Positions 8,703-16,873 of a stretch of DNA of 64,000 nucleotides are shown in pieces (position 1 is the stretch's first letter; every line of letters begins with the position of its first letter). The stretch is taken from IMG/VR virus record IMGVR_UViG_3300008113_000007, positions 1-64,000 of that record. One strand, 5' to 3'. The notes beneath the pieces were generated by a model. That model saw only the letters and a list, made by a program, of their open reading frames with translations, was not told the origin of the DNA and did not search any database. Both the position numbers and the translations under genes were made by a program. Source of the DNA: a virus (Duplodnaviria > Heunggongvirae > Uroviricota > Caudoviricetes).

Positions 8703-9398
8703 ATGGGCCATCTAATCGAGCTCGTCAAGCTGAACCGCCTTGTATTCGGCGATTTGCCTTTGCAGTACAAAGAAAACACTATGGAGTTGCTCGAGCGGTA
8801 CAAAAGGACCGACGATGAGGTCAAGGCCATAAGGCTCGCAGAGATAAAGCCAGGACTTTTCTATTTCTTTCACTACCTCGACGATTCCAACTGGATAAAG
8901 TACTCTCCGGTCTTCGTGATAGACTTCAAGAAGTTCGGTAACATAATCGTGCTGAACTGCATCAACCTGAACTTTATACCTCTTCAGATAAGGCCGTCCA
9001 TATTCGACCCTTACATTCAGGAGAAGGACTTCGAGAACAAGAACTTCTTCCTGAAGACGAAGTTCGAGACGGTTTACAAAGAGCTCAGGAAGTACGGATT
9101 CCAGTGGTCGATAATGGAGTACAACGTCGCGCAGATACAGAAGGTGCACAGGATCTCGTTTGATCTTCTTCCGAAGTTTCTGATGTCGGGACACCCTAAG
9201 GCTAAGTACGATCCGGCGAAGCTCATCCAGATTTGGAAGAAGAAGATTGGTGAGCAGGACAAGCGCGACCAGGAGATGATGCAGGCCAACATACAGGAGT
9301 TCTACGACTTCGAGAACGAGATATCCGACAAGTACGAGGCACTGAAGGGACACATACAGCGCCTGCAGAGATCGACCAAAAAGTACGGCGGTGGATGA
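8703..9398 (+). CDS. hypothetical protein
   Basis: ORF with good coding periodicity; the antisense ORF 8712..9515 is judged spurious. Confidence 0.5.
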   Translation: MGHLIELVKLNRLVFGDLPLQYKENTMELLERYKRTDDEVKAIRLAEIKPGLFYFFHYLDDSNWIKYSPVFVIDFKKFGNIIVLNCINLNFIPLQIRPSIFDPYIQEKDFENKNFFLKTKFETVYKELRKYGFQWSIMEYNVAQIQKVHRISFDLLPKFLMSGHPKAKYDPAKLIQIWKKKIGEQDKRDQEMMQANIQEFYDFENEISDKYEALKGHIQRLQRSTKKYGGG

Positions 9399-9431
9399 TT
9401 TTTCCTTATCTTTGAATAAATAAAAACAAAG

Positions 9432-9878
9432 ATGAGATACACCACATATATTTCCGCAGCGGACAAGCTTTCCGCACTTGGCCAGAAGGAGTTGGCTAAG
9501 AAGTTTCTGACACACGCAAACGACATCGTGAACAAGAGGGTCTCAGAGTTCGACTTCGACATACTGGTGGGTCAGGTGAAGACCTTCAACGGTGCTAAGT
9601 TCGCAGAGACGCGCATTTTGAGGGAGAAGGAGGCCAACACGATAATGTTCATCTTCAAGTCTGGGACGAACACGCACCGCATAAACACAACTCTTAGACA
9701 CAACGGCGAAATCGTATGGCACGACGGAAACCACTTCAGCAACCGAAAGTCTGTGAGATCCTTCGAAAAGCTCATACAGATAATAGTCGAATATAGCATG
9801 GACGCTCAGAAGCTTTTGGCCGAGATGCAGATAAGTCCTTCCAGTCTGAAGGTCATACAGAGAACCTTCTATTTGTAG
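9432..9878 (+). CDS. hypothetical protein
   Basis: ORF followed by a terminator. Confidence 0.45.
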   Translation: MRYTTYISAADKLSALGQKELAKKFLTHANDIVNKRVSEFDFDILVGQVKTFNGAKFAETRILREKEANTIMFIFKSGTNTHRINTTLRHNGEIVWHDGNHFSNRKSVRSFEKLIQIIVEYSMDAQKLLAEMQISPSSLKVIQRTFYL

Positions 9879-9882
9879 TAAA

Positions 9883-9914
9883 GACGCGGCACACAATGCC
9901 GCGTTTCTTTTTTA
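9883..9914 (+). terminator. rho-independent terminator (gacgcggc...gccgcgt plus a T-run)
   Basis: GC hairpin then TTTCTTTTTT. Confidence 0.6.
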
Positions 9915-9929
9915 GGGGCAGCCGTTTTT

Positions 9930-9938
9930 TATATATAA
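9930..9938 (+). promoter_or_regulatory. late-promoter-like TATATATAA box upstream of the portal gene
   Basis: Motif lies 20 nt upstream of the ATG at 9959. Confidence 0.4.
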
Positions 9939-9958
9939 TTCAAATCACGGCGTAAAAG

Positions 9959-11701
9959 ATGGCCTCTTATAACTATTTCAATAACAACAATAACAACAAC
10001 CAGGCGTTCGGTATTCAGAACTCCGGTGAGAACAAAGGCTTCTTCAACCGTATACTGAGGAACCTGTCGAACCACGGTATGAACTATGACGACATGATCA
10101 TTCGCAATCAGGTCGGTGTTGGAATAAACGAGGATCCTTACGCATCTAAAGGAAATTCGATGTATGATTTCTTTAGTCAACGAGCAGTGGCGTCGGTTCT
10201 CGGCCGCAAGTCCGTTCCGTATCTTGATCGTTCGTATCCCGACAAGAGGAGAATACTGAGAGAGTACTCGATTAAGGACGAGATCAGGGACTTCGTGAGC
10301 CAGGTGGCCGACGAGTGTGTGGTTTACAACGATGACAGGGATTTCTGCTCTGCGCGCGCTCTTTCCACCGGATACAGCAAGGAGATACAGGACAAATACC
10401 TCGAGTACTTTGAAAGGATATACAACAAATACGGCTTCTCTGACAGTGTCACGGCTTTCAACCTGATAAAGGACTTCCTAATCGACGGGTACGTTGCTAT
10501 GGAGATAGTCTACGATGACAAGAAGAAGAACATAATCGCTTTCAACCGACTGAGACCTGAGACCATCGTCCCTGCATACGAGCCAAACGTGGGTCATCTA
10601 TGGATACAGTATCCTGAGGATCCTCAGCTCAGAAGGATTTTTCTCGACTCTCAGATAGTTTTCATATCTTACTCTACTCAGAACGACTTCTCAGAGACTT
10701 CCTACGTGGAAGGTCTCATCAAGCCATACAACCAGCTGAAGATACTCGAGCAGACGAAGATAATGTTCAACATCATCAACGCGACGCTCTACCAGGAGTT
10801 CAAGATTCCAATCAAGGGTCTTTCCAGGCAGAGGGCAGAGGAGCAGATTGGTCAGCTGATACACGACTACTCCGAGGAGGTCGAGTGGGACGACACTCTG
10901 GGAACGCTGACAATCAACGGTTCTAAGCACCTTCCGTTCAACAAGCAGATTTGGTTTCCTGAGGGCGACGCTGGATCGCCGTCGATGGAACTTAAGTCTC
11001 CGCAGGGTCACGACCTCAACGAGGACGGTATGCTTAAGTGGTTCCACCAGGCGCTCAAAAGGGCGTCTAAGATACCTCTGAACCGATTCGAGGGCGAGGC
11101 CGGCGGTGGTAACCTCATAACTGACGCGGCCGAGATGACGCGCGACGAGATAAAGTTCCACAACTTCATCGGAAGACTACGTGCCAACTTCAAAGAATTG
11201 ATAGTCAAGCCTTTGAAGCTACAGCTGCTTATAGAGTTTCCTGAACTTATAGATGACGATAAATTCCTAAACGAGGTAGACATCGAGTTCTACTCGAACC
11301 AGGTATTCGAGGAGTGGAAGAAACTTGGTAACCTTGAGAAGAAAGCCGGTATAGTCGGAACGCTACTTGGTGTTATGAACGGTGAGAAGCCTTACTTCCA
11401 CATCGAGTGGATTATGGACAACGTATTCAAGTTGTCTCCTGAAGAGAAGGCCGAGAACGCAAGATACTGGGCCAAGGATCCAACTGCGGCCGGTTCGGCG
11501 CCTGAAGGCGGTGGTGAGGCGGGTGCTCAAGGCGGCGGCGGCGGTGGCGAGATGGGTGCCCAAGGTGGTGGCGAAGCTCCTGCACAGGGAGGTGCTCAGG
11601 CTCCTCCTGCCGAGGGTGGTGGCGAGGCTCAGGCTCCTCCGGCACAGGGAGGTGCTCAGGCTCCTCCGGCACAAGGCGGTGGTGGCGAGTTCGAGTTCTA
11701 A
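9959..11701 (+). CDS. portal vertex protein (T4 gp20-like) with a poly-Asn N-terminal tract and a Gly/Ala/Gln/Pro-rich C-terminal low-complexity extension
   Basis: 'QVADECVVYNDDRDF' versus T4 'EIVSDAIVYEDDTEV'; 'PYNQLKILEQTKIMFNI' versus 'PANQLKLLEDAVVIYRI'; 'WFHQALKRASKIPLNRF' versus 'WFRQALYMALRVPLSRI'; C-terminal '...EFEF' like T4 '...EDF'. Confidence 0.9.
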   Translation: MASYNYFNNNNNNNQAFGIQNSGENKGFFNRILRNLSNHGMNYDDMIIRNQVGVGINEDPYASKGNSMYDFFSQRAVASVLGRKSVPYLDRSYPDKRRILREYSIKDEIRDFVSQVADECVVYNDDRDFCSARALSTGYSKEIQDKYLEYFERIYNKYGFSDSVTAFNLIKDFLIDGYVAMEIVYDDKKKNIIAFNRLRPETIVPAYEPNVGHLWIQYPEDPQLRRIFLDSQIVFISYSTQNDFSETSYVEGLIKPYNQLKILEQTKIMFNIINATLYQEFKIPIKGLSRQRAEEQIGQLIHDYSEEVEWDDTLGTLTINGSKHLPFNKQIWFPEGDAGSPSMELKSPQGHDLNEDGMLKWFHQALKRASKIPLNRFEGEAGGGNLITDAAEMTRDEIKFHNFIGRLRANFKELIVKPLKLQLLIEFPELIDDDKFLNEVDIEFYSNQVFEEWKKLGNLEKKAGIVGTLLGVMNGEKPYFHIEWIMDNVFKLSPEEKAENARYWAKDPTAAGSAPEGGGEAGAQGGGGGGEMGAQGGGEAPAQGGAQAPPAEGGGEAQAPPAQGGAQAPPAQGGGGEFEF

Positions 11702-11719
11702 GAAACCTCATCATACTGA

Positions 11720-11747
11720 AAAAGACCTCAATAGAGGTCTTTTTTTA
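11720..11747. terminator. bidirectional terminator (agacctc-aata-gaggtct plus a T-run) between the portal gene and a convergent minus-strand gene
   Basis: Perfect 7-bp hairpin flanked by A and T runs. Confidence 0.6.
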
Positions 11748-12194
11748 TGCGGCTTTGTCGCTTTTTGGGTGGTCGAAGTAAAGCGTCTTGTGACCTCGTT
11801 TGTTGTCGTAGTACCTGACCTTCACGTCCAGTCCTTCGTCGAGTATCGTCTTGATTGTTTGTCCAATTTGGCTAGGCAGGATCTCACCTGATATTTTCAC
11901 CTCGAGGATCTGCTCGTCCTTTATTATGAAGCTGATTGTGTCCGTCCTGAACGCTGCATTGTGTATGTACTGGATGGCGTCCGTGTTAGTGTATACGAGC
12001 AGGTTGGCATCTTCGATGTCGAACTGAACCTTCTTTCCCTGGTTTAGAAGCCCGGTGATCCTGACCTCTCTTTTGAACTCGGCCCACTGTTTGTACCTTC
12101 TTAGCATGCTCTCGAAGGATTCCAGGGTGATGCCTTCCTCGAGCTCTACATCGAAGGTGCTTACAACCATATCTCTTTCCTTCAGCTTTCCCAT
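11745..12194 (-). CDS. hypothetical protein, translationally coupled to the upstream RNase gene
   Basis: Start codon overlaps the stop of the 12194..14092 gene. Confidence 0.45.
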   Translation of the reverse strand: MGKLKERDMVVSTFDVELEEGITLESFESMLRRYKQWAEFKREVRITGLLNQGKKVQFDIEDANLLVYTNTDAIQYIHNAAFRTDTISFIIKDEQILEVKISGEILPSQIGQTIKTILDEGLDVKVRYYDNKRGHKTLYFDHPKSDKAA

Positions 12195-14092
12195 CAGTTG
12201 AACTTTATGAAGTCAATCTGTTTTTTCTCTAGGTCCACGGACTTGATGACGATCTTGATTGGATCGCCTAGCCTTATCTTTTCGCCGAACTCGTTCATCA
12301 CGGCGTAGCTGTCAGGATAGGCAGTCCATTTTCCGCCCATTTCCGAGATTCTTATCATTCCCTCGCACTTGCTCTCCGTGAGCTCTACGTAGATTCCTCT
12401 CTCGAGTACGCCTGATACGATTCCGTCGAACACCTGTCCGATTCTGTCCTGTAGGTACTCCGCCTGCTTGTACTTCACCGAGTCTCTCTGTGCCTTCGTC
12501 GCTACGACCTCCTGCTTGGAGATCCATTCGCACTGCTTGTCCAGCTCGCCGTGGTTTATCTCTTTGTTGTAGCCTTCTGCGTTGAGCGCCTTCGAGAGAA
12601 GTCTGTGTGCGAGTATGTCACTATACCTCCTTATTGGTGATGTGAAGTGTGAGTAGTGTTGGAACCCTAGTCCGTAGTGTCCGATGTCTTTGGTCGAGTA
12701 CTTCGCCTTCTGCTGAGCCCTTATGATTAGGGTGGTTATGATGTTCTCCTCTGGTGTTCCTTTGGAGTCTCTCATAAGCTGGTTTATGGCCAGCTTGGTC
12801 TTCTCTGCTGAGTTTCCGTAGTTTATCATATAGCCAAGCCCGGAGATGAAGGTCTTCACGTGCTCTAGCTTTTCCTCTGCTGGCTCTTCGTGTATCCTGT
12901 TCACGCACGGAAGGTGCCTAGACTTTATGAAGCGCGCGACCTCCCTGTTGGCGAGTAGCATGTACTCCTCGATGAGGTGGTTGGCGTCCTTCTGTTCCTT
13001 AAGGTAAACGCCAACCGGCTTCTTCCCGTCTCCGTCGAGTTTGAACTTGACCTCTACCCCGCCGATTTCCATCGAGCCTCCGTTCATCCTTCTCTTCCTC
13101 ATCTTCTTTGCCAGTCGGTCTAGCTCGAGTATGGCCTTCTCTGTGTCTAGCTCGGCGTTGCCTCTCTCGATTACCTCCTGTGCCATCTCGTATGAGAAGT
13201 CTTTGTCGACCCTTACCGCGGTTCTTCCGAACCAGCTGTCCTCTATCCTACCGTCGTTGTTCAACTCGACTATGACTGAGTAGCACAGCTTGTCACTTCC
13301 GGATTTCAGTGAGCATATTCCGTTTGATAGCTTGTGTGGTATCATCGGCACGCACCTGTCAACTAAGTAGACGGAGCTGGAGCGCTTGTACGCCTCTTTG
13401 TCTAGTTCGCTTCCCGGCCTTACGTAGTGTGATACGTCTGCTATGTTTATTGCGATTAGTCTTCTTCCGTTCTCGAAGTGTAGAGAGATTGTGTCGTCCG
13501 CGTCCTTCGAGTCGTGAGGGTCAATACCGATCGTGGTCCACGACCTTATGTCTCTCCTCTTCTTTATCTCCGACTCCGGTATGACCTCTGTTATGAGCTC
13601 CGCCTCGTTCAGTACTTCCTGCGGGAAGTCGATAGGTAGGTTGTATTCGTACATTATGGCGTTCATTTCCGTCTCGTTCTCGCCTTTCAATCCCAGTACT
13701 TTGGTTATCCTTCCTCTCGGAGATTTCTTTTCCTTTTCCCAGTCGATCATCTCGACGATGACTTTCTGGCCATCCTGTGCTTTGTGGTCTCCTTTGATGT
13801 AGAAGTCGACGACCATCTTCGGGCTGTCTGGGACAACGAAGGTGTGGTTCTTGCTAACCTGTGCAGTTCCTACGAAGGTCGTCTTGAACCTCTCTAGCAC
13901 GTCGACGACCTTCGCCTCCATTTTGCGTTCGCCTTTGAACAGAACTGCCCTGACCTTATCGAGGTGCAGGGCGTTGGCGGTCTTCTTCTTGTGCACGAAG
14001 AACTCTCTTTCGTCGATTTTGATTGTTGCGTTACCGGAACCGGTGAACTCTATCTGGGCCTCTATCGTGTCGCCCTCTGTGTATTTACTCAT
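12194..14092 (-). CDS. RNB-family 3'-5' exoribonuclease (RNase R / RNase II-like) with N-terminal OB/cold-shock domains and a C-terminal S1 domain
   Basis: RNB motif I 'IDPHDSKDADDTISL'; catalytic 'HYGLGFQHYSHFTSPIRRYSDILAHRLL'; C-terminal S1-like 'GQVFDGIVSGVLERGIYVEL'. Confidence 0.85.
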   Translation of the reverse strand: MSKYTEGDTIEAQIEFTGSGNATIKIDEREFFVHKKKTANALHLDKVRAVLFKGERKMEAKVVDVLERFKTTFVGTAQVSKNHTFVVPDSPKMVVDFYIKGDHKAQDGQKVIVEMIDWEKEKKSPRGRITKVLGLKGENETEMNAIMYEYNLPIDFPQEVLNEAELITEVIPESEIKKRRDIRSWTTIGIDPHDSKDADDTISLHFENGRRLIAINIADVSHYVRPGSELDKEAYKRSSSVYLVDRCVPMIPHKLSNGICSLKSGSDKLCYSVIVELNNDGRIEDSWFGRTAVRVDKDFSYEMAQEVIERGNAELDTEKAILELDRLAKKMRKRRMNGGSMEIGGVEVKFKLDGDGKKPVGVYLKEQKDANHLIEEYMLLANREVARFIKSRHLPCVNRIHEEPAEEKLEHVKTFISGLGYMINYGNSAEKTKLAINQLMRDSKGTPEENIITTLIIRAQQKAKYSTKDIGHYGLGFQHYSHFTSPIRRYSDILAHRLLSKALNAEGYNKEINHGELDKQCEWISKQEVVATKAQRDSVKYKQAEYLQDRIGQVFDGIVSGVLERGIYVELTESKCEGMIRISEMGGKWTAYPDSYAVMNEFGEKIRLGDPIKIVIKSVDLEKKQIDFIKFN

Positions 14093-14474
14093 TTTCTCTT
14101 TTCTTTTTGGAGATGTTGTCTACGCCGTACTTCTCCATTATTGTTTTCTTCATTTTACCGAGCACCATCTTGTTCTGTATCGGATAGTCGACGCCGAAGT
14201 TCTTTCTGAGCGTCTTTATTCTTTTGATCTCGGAGCACTTTCTGCAATAGTACTCTCCGAAGTTGTTACCGTATCTGAGGTAGTTCTTGTAAATGACTTG
14301 TTTCTCTATGCCGCATCCGTCGCACTGGCAGGTTATCTTGTAGTGTGATCCTTTGGGTAGTAGCTCGACCGGTATTACAATGGTCTCGCCCAGCGCGGTG
14401 TCGTAACCCAAGTCGTCGTAGTACTGGTAGTTGTGGTCTGTAATCTTTACGGGTATTTCCCTGGTTGTTATCAT
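14085..14474 (-). CDS. zinc-ribbon protein (CxC...CxxC), first gene of the RNase operon
   Basis: 'CQCDGCG ... CRKCSE' Cys pairs; overlaps the start of the RNase gene. Confidence 0.45.
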   Translation of the reverse strand: MITTREIPVKITDHNYQYYDDLGYDTALGETIVIPVELLPKGSHYKITCQCDGCGIEKQVIYKNYLRYGNNFGEYYCRKCSEIKRIKTLRKNFGVDYPIQNKMVLGKMKKTIMEKYGVDNISKKKRENE

Positions 14475-14608
14475 CGTAAAAAATCCTCTATTGTTCTATT
14501 CGTGGAAAGACATTTGTTTCATCTTTCTCTGTAAAAAAACCACCCATATACAAATGTAGCGAAAAGAAAGATATATATACACTAAACGCACAAAAAATAA
14601 CTAATTAC

Positions 14609-16786
14609 ATGAAACCAGTATTGATTGTAGAAAACTCTACTAACTCTCTTGTGAGGGAAAGTGGCGGGACTGGTAAGAAGGATTATGTATTGGGCGGTAC
14701 ATTCACCGAGTTCGACATTAAGAACAGAAACGAGAGAGTGTACACGGCCGACAGATTCCTTCCTGCGCTTACTGAGATGAACGAGAGGATGAACAACCTC
14801 GGAGTCGTCTACGGTGAGTTCGACCACCCGGATGTTTTCGATACTTCTCTTTCTAGGGCGTCTCACATAATCACGAAAGCTGATTATATCAAGGAGCAGA
14901 ACCTAGTGGCGGGTGAAATCAGGTTACTTAGTACTTATTGGGGTAAGGAAGCAAAGGCACTCGTCGACGACGGCTGCCCTCTTTTTGTTTCTTCTCGCGC
15001 CGCAGGTATTACTGAATCTGATGGTACAGTCTCATTGAAGAAGCTTTTCACTTACGACATCGTGGCGGACCCTGGGTTTGCTTCGGCTAAGATGAGTGTG
15101 AAGGTCCTTAATGAGTCACTTGGCTTTGATAACCCGAAATCTAACTTTAGGATATACGAGATGTCCGATGAGTCAAAAATCAACGATTTATTCAACATGA
15201 ACAAAAACGAGTACGTTACTAAACAGCAGTTGACTGACTACTCTCAGTATTTGGTCAAGGAGTTGGCTTCTACTAAGAAGGAGGTTAAGAGTGCCATCAC
15301 TAAGGGCAACATGAACCCTAAGAGGCTTGAGCAACTTCTCGAGTACTACGAGGAGCTCAACAAGACAAATTCACAAGTTGTGAAATACCTAGACTACCTG
15401 GCTGAGAAAGTTCAGATCATGGTAAACGAAAACAAGTCTTTGAAGGAGACTACTGACAAGCTTATCAAGCACAACGACTACCTCGCTGAGAACCTTGAGA
15501 AGGCTGTAAACTATTCTGAGTACCTTGCTGAGAACCTAGACAAGAACATCGCTTATTCTGAGTATGTTGCTGAGAACCTAGACAAGAACATCTCTTATTC
15601 TGAGTACCTTGCAGAGAACCTTGATAAGAACATCGCTTATTCTGAGTATATCGCAGAGAACCTCGACAAGAACATTTCCTACTCTGAGTACATTGCAGAG
15701 AACCTCGACAAGAACATCGCTTACAGCGAATACCTTGCTGAGAACCTAGACAAGAACATCGCTTATTCTGAGTACATTGCAGAGAACCTCGACAAGAACA
15801 TCGCTTATTCTGAGTACATCGCTGAGCACGTAGACAACTCTATTGCTTATTCTGAGTACCTCGCTGAGCACGTAGAGGGTAACATCGCTTATTCCGAGTA
15901 CCTCGCTGAGCACCTCGATGACAACATCGCTTACTCTGAGTACATCGCAGAGAACCTCGACAAATCAATCTCTTACGCAGGAATGATTACCGAGAAACTC
16001 AACGGCGGAAAAGTTTTCGAATCAGTTGAGGACAACTTCCCATCACTTACTGCTCACGGTTTTGAGGCGGTAGAGGATGACGATGATGATGCTGATGCTG
16101 ACTACGATAATATGAACAACGACGACGACGACGCAGATTGCGGCCCTGGTATCGCCGAGGTTTCACCTGAGAAGGTACACGCACACAACGCTGATGCAGA
16201 TATGGATCACGATGACGACGCAGATGCTGACGCTGACGCACACAACTGGAACCGCGAGGTATCAGGACACAACGAGTCTGAGTTGTCTTCACAAATAAAT
16301 ATGCTAATCGAAGAAGCTAAAAAACGTAAAGTTTCCGAGACATCTGACCTGAACTTCCTTAAGTTCTTGTCTAAATCACAGGTAGATAGTTTCTACGCGC
16401 TCACAAACGAAGAGCAAGAAGCAGTTAAACTTCACATAAACGAAAGAAGTTACTTCACACAGAAGGACGTGCTTACACTCATCTCTGAGGCGCTTTCTAC
16501 CAAAACTGAATCTCTTGAGGAAAGAGTGATCAGAATGATGCCTGAAAACACCAAGGCTATCTGGGCTCAACTTACCGAATCGGCTAAGAAGTCTATACTT
16601 TCACAAGCAAGACTTTACCCTGAGGAAATGTTGATGACCGAATCACAAGTAGAGCACTTCTGGGCTACCAGAGCACTCAAGAAAAACGAGTCTACTAAGA
16701 AGCTTGTATCTCACGACATCATCCAAGAGGATAGATTGTCTGACAACGAGATGAACGCTATCATGGAGAGGTTCAAAAACGTGTAA
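14609..16786 (+). CDS. prohead core protease (T4 gp21-like, residues ~1-210) fused to a scaffold-like C-terminal region with ~12 tandem 14-aa repeats and poly-acidic tracts
   Basis: 'PVLIVENS...GGTFTEFDIKNRNERVYTADRF' versus T4 gp21 'PQLLIESW...GIFMQAEVVNRNKRLYPKRIL'; 'GEFDHPDVFD' versus 'GELNHPPRAN'; 'VSSRAAGITESDG' versus 'VSSRGLGSLTDTNEG'. The repeats and the acidic C-terminus resemble the gp22 scaffold. Confidence 0.85.
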   Translation: MKPVLIVENSTNSLVRESGGTGKKDYVLGGTFTEFDIKNRNERVYTADRFLPALTEMNERMNNLGVVYGEFDHPDVFDTSLSRASHIITKADYIKEQNLVAGEIRLLSTYWGKEAKALVDDGCPLFVSSRAAGITESDGTVSLKKLFTYDIVADPGFASAKMSVKVLNESLGFDNPKSNFRIYEMSDESKINDLFNMNKNEYVTKQQLTDYSQYLVKELASTKKEVKSAITKGNMNPKRLEQLLEYYEELNKTNSQVVKYLDYLAEKVQIMVNENKSLKETTDKLIKHNDYLAENLEKAVNYSEYLAENLDKNIAYSEYVAENLDKNISYSEYLAENLDKNIAYSEYIAENLDKNISYSEYIAENLDKNIAYSEYLAENLDKNIAYSEYIAENLDKNIAYSEYIAEHVDNSIAYSEYLAEHVEGNIAYSEYLAEHLDDNIAYSEYIAENLDKSISYAGMITEKLNGGKVFESVEDNFPSLTAHGFEAVEDDDDDADADYDNMNNDDDDADCGPGIAEVSPEKVHAHNADADMDHDDDADADADAHNWNREVSGHNESELSSQINMLIEEAKKRKVSETSDLNFLKFLSKSQVDSFYALTNEEQEAVKLHINERSYFTQKDVLTLISEALSTKTESLEERVIRMMPENTKAIWAQLTESAKKSILSQARLYPEEMLMTESQVEHFWATRALKKNESTKKLVSHDIIQEDRLSDNEMNAIMERFKNV
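15476..15980 (+). repeat. in-frame tandem repeat, 42-nt unit x ~12, encoding N(I/S)(A/S)YSEY(L/I/V)AE(N/H)(L/V)DK
   Basis: Direct inspection of the translation; every unit carries an (L/I/V)-A-E tripeptide. Confidence 0.85.
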
Positions 16787-16873
16787 TCTGTAAAAAGTCC
16801 ACTAGTTCAAAAAATAGATAAAAGTAGACAAATATATAGATTACTATTCACAAAAAAAAATAAAAATTCAAAA

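Noticed and set aside
8712-9515. 267-aa antisense ORF, and long antisense ORFs inside the gp23 (17501..18211), SPFH (21120..21821), Dam (23637..24383) and GS (6529..7261) genes
   Set aside because: Each is fully embedded antisense to a well-supported gene with homology evidence. Leu/Val/Arg-rich composition is typical of antisense artefacts.
11363-11891. ORFs overlapping the portal 3' end (11363..11674 -, 11382..11891 +, 11427..11714 -)
   Set aside because: Generated by the GC-rich Gly/Ala/Pro repeat region of the portal C-terminus; no independent support.
15476-15980. Considered whether the 42-nt tandem array or the fiber repeats could be a CRISPR array or non-coding satellite
   Set aside because: The repeats are in-frame inside long ORFs with conserved protein-level periodicity. 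There are no spacer-like unique sequences between identical direct repeats, and no cas genes.
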